Source of the DNA: Rhynchobatus australiae
Lineage: Eukaryota
DNA length: 64,000 nt
NCBI GenBank assembly: GCA_034780895.1
Contig: JAUZTB010000001.1
Coordinates: 53,300,081-53,364,080, forward strand
Reading direction: 5' to 3'
In this document: positions 62,626 to 64,000 of the stretch, piece after piece
Layout: the number at the start of each line of letters is the position of its first letter
Numbering within the stretch: the first letter of the stretch is position 1
Program-made: the position numbers and the translations under genes
The notes under the pieces: generated by a model
Database searches by the model: none
Told to the model about the DNA's origin: nothing
What the model saw: only the letters and a program-made list of their open reading frames with translations

Positions 62626-62689
62626 AACTGTTAAGTTTGGTATCACCAGTACCCATCCTGGCTATCAGTGACCCCAAACTTATAACAAT

Positions 62690-64000
62690 GTTATTGTTGT
62701 TGTAATACGATGTTGACATTACAGAGACCTGGTTGCATGAGGGACAGGACTGGCAGCTCAACATTCCTGGGTTTCATTGTTTTAGATGTGATTGAGAGGG
62801 TGGTAAAAGAGGTGGAAGGTTTGCACTACTGGGAAAGGTTACACTACTGATATGGGAGTATGTCACAGCAGTACTCAGAGAGGACACACTGGGGGGGCTC
62901 ATCCACAGAGTTAATTTGGGTGGAGCTCAGAAATAAGAAAGGTCTCCCAATAGCCACTGAGAGGTGGAGGAACAGATATATAGACAGATTACACAAAGGT
63001 GCAGAAACAACAAGGTTGTCATAGTGGGGGACTTCAATTTCCCCAGTATTGATTGGAACTTCCTCAATACAAGAGGCTTGGATAGGGCGGGATTTCTTCA
63101 GTGTATCCAAGAGGGGTTCTTGAAACAGTATGTGGAATGTCCGACTAGAGGAGAGAACATACTGGGCCTGGTTTTGGGAAATGAGCCAGGCCAGGTGACA
63201 GACCTGATAGTGGGCGAATATTTTGGGAATAGCGACTACAACTCATTATGTTTTAAGATAGTTATGAATAAGGATAAAATCAGATCTTGCAGGATGGTAC
63301 TAAATTGGGAGAGGGCAAAATAGGACAGGATAAGAAAGGAGCTAAAGGGCGTTGATTGGGAGCAGCTGCTGTCGGCCAAGTCCACATCCGACATGTGGGA
63401 GTTGTTTAAAGACCAGCAGATCAGAGTTCAGGATCACCATGTTCCGATAAAGAGTAAGGACAAGGATGGTGAGGTAAGGGAACCTTGGATGACCCGAAAG
63501 GTCCTAAATTTAATCAGGAAGAAAAAAGAAGCATACTTAAGGTTTACGAAACTAAAATCAGATTGGGCCCTTGGAAAATGTAAAGATAGCAGGAAAATGC
63601 TCAAGCAGGTGATTAGGAAGGCCAAAAGGGGCCATGAAATGTCCTTGGTGAGCAGGTCAAGGATAATCCCAAGGCATTTTATACTTATATTAAGAAAAAG
63701 AGGATAACTAAGGAGGTTAATAAGGACCGCTCAAAGAGAAAGGGGGGATTTGATGCTTGGAGTCAGAGCAAGTGGCTGAGGTATTAAATGAGTACTTTGC
63801 GTCAGTACTTACCAAGGAGAAAGATTTGAAGGATAGTGAAAGCAGAGAAGGGCATGCTAATGTGCTGGGACATTTTGAGAGAAACAAGAAGGTAGGACTG
63901 CGTCTTCCGAAAAACATTAAGATGGATAAGGCCCCAGCATCTGATGGCATATATCCCAGAATACTGAAAGAAGCAATTGAGGAGATTGCTGGGGCTTTGA
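62690..64000 (+). mobile_element. CR1 LINE ORF2: AP endonuclease and linker, disrupted, runs off the window
   Basis: ITETWL, LNIPGF, VVIVGDFNFPSIDW, FLKQYVECPTRGENILGLVL, GNSDYN, EPWMT, LNEYFASV, DKAPASDGIYPRILKE; stops and frameshifts. Confidence 0.92.

Noticed and set aside
62690-64000. Possible active or domesticated endonuclease gene
   Set aside because: In-frame stops, frameshifts and altered catalytic motifs (SDYN for SDHN) indicate a dead CR1 copy.
1-64000. CRISPR array, operon or prokaryotic defence system
   Set aside because: Spliced vertebrate gene plus vertebrate retroelements; no regularly spaced repeat-spacer array or gene-dense region.

Overview
Vertebrate genomic DNA from a gapped draft assembly. 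The repeat families (CR1/HER1-like LINEs, HE1/V-SINEs, Deu-domain SINEs, Penelope-like elements) point to a cartilaginous fish; the species cannot be read from the sequence. One protein-coding gene is present: NAB1 (EGR corepressor), + strand, seven coding exons (3191-4009, 6822-6955, 7054-7105, 16575-16694, 30094-30259, 34406-34558, 37622-37728). All introns are GT-AG and phase-consistent, giving 1551 nt / 516 aa, followed by a ~2.6 kb AT-rich 3' UTR. The rest is intron and downstream intergenic DNA full of decayed retroelements and a few MITEs; nearly all other ORFs in the track are repeat fragments or noise. I see no new multi-gene system. Most notable: decayed minimal hammerhead-ribozyme motifs in the Penelope-like copies, a ~200 bp spacerless palindrome made of two such copies, a nested insertion around a 5'-inverted Penelope element, a Penelope/Tx1 junction at the predicted ribozyme cleavage site, and candidate regulatory motifs (ZNF143/ETS/E-box cluster, CTCF, AP-1/EGR). 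Repeat boundaries are approximate and family names come from motif recognition, not a database search.
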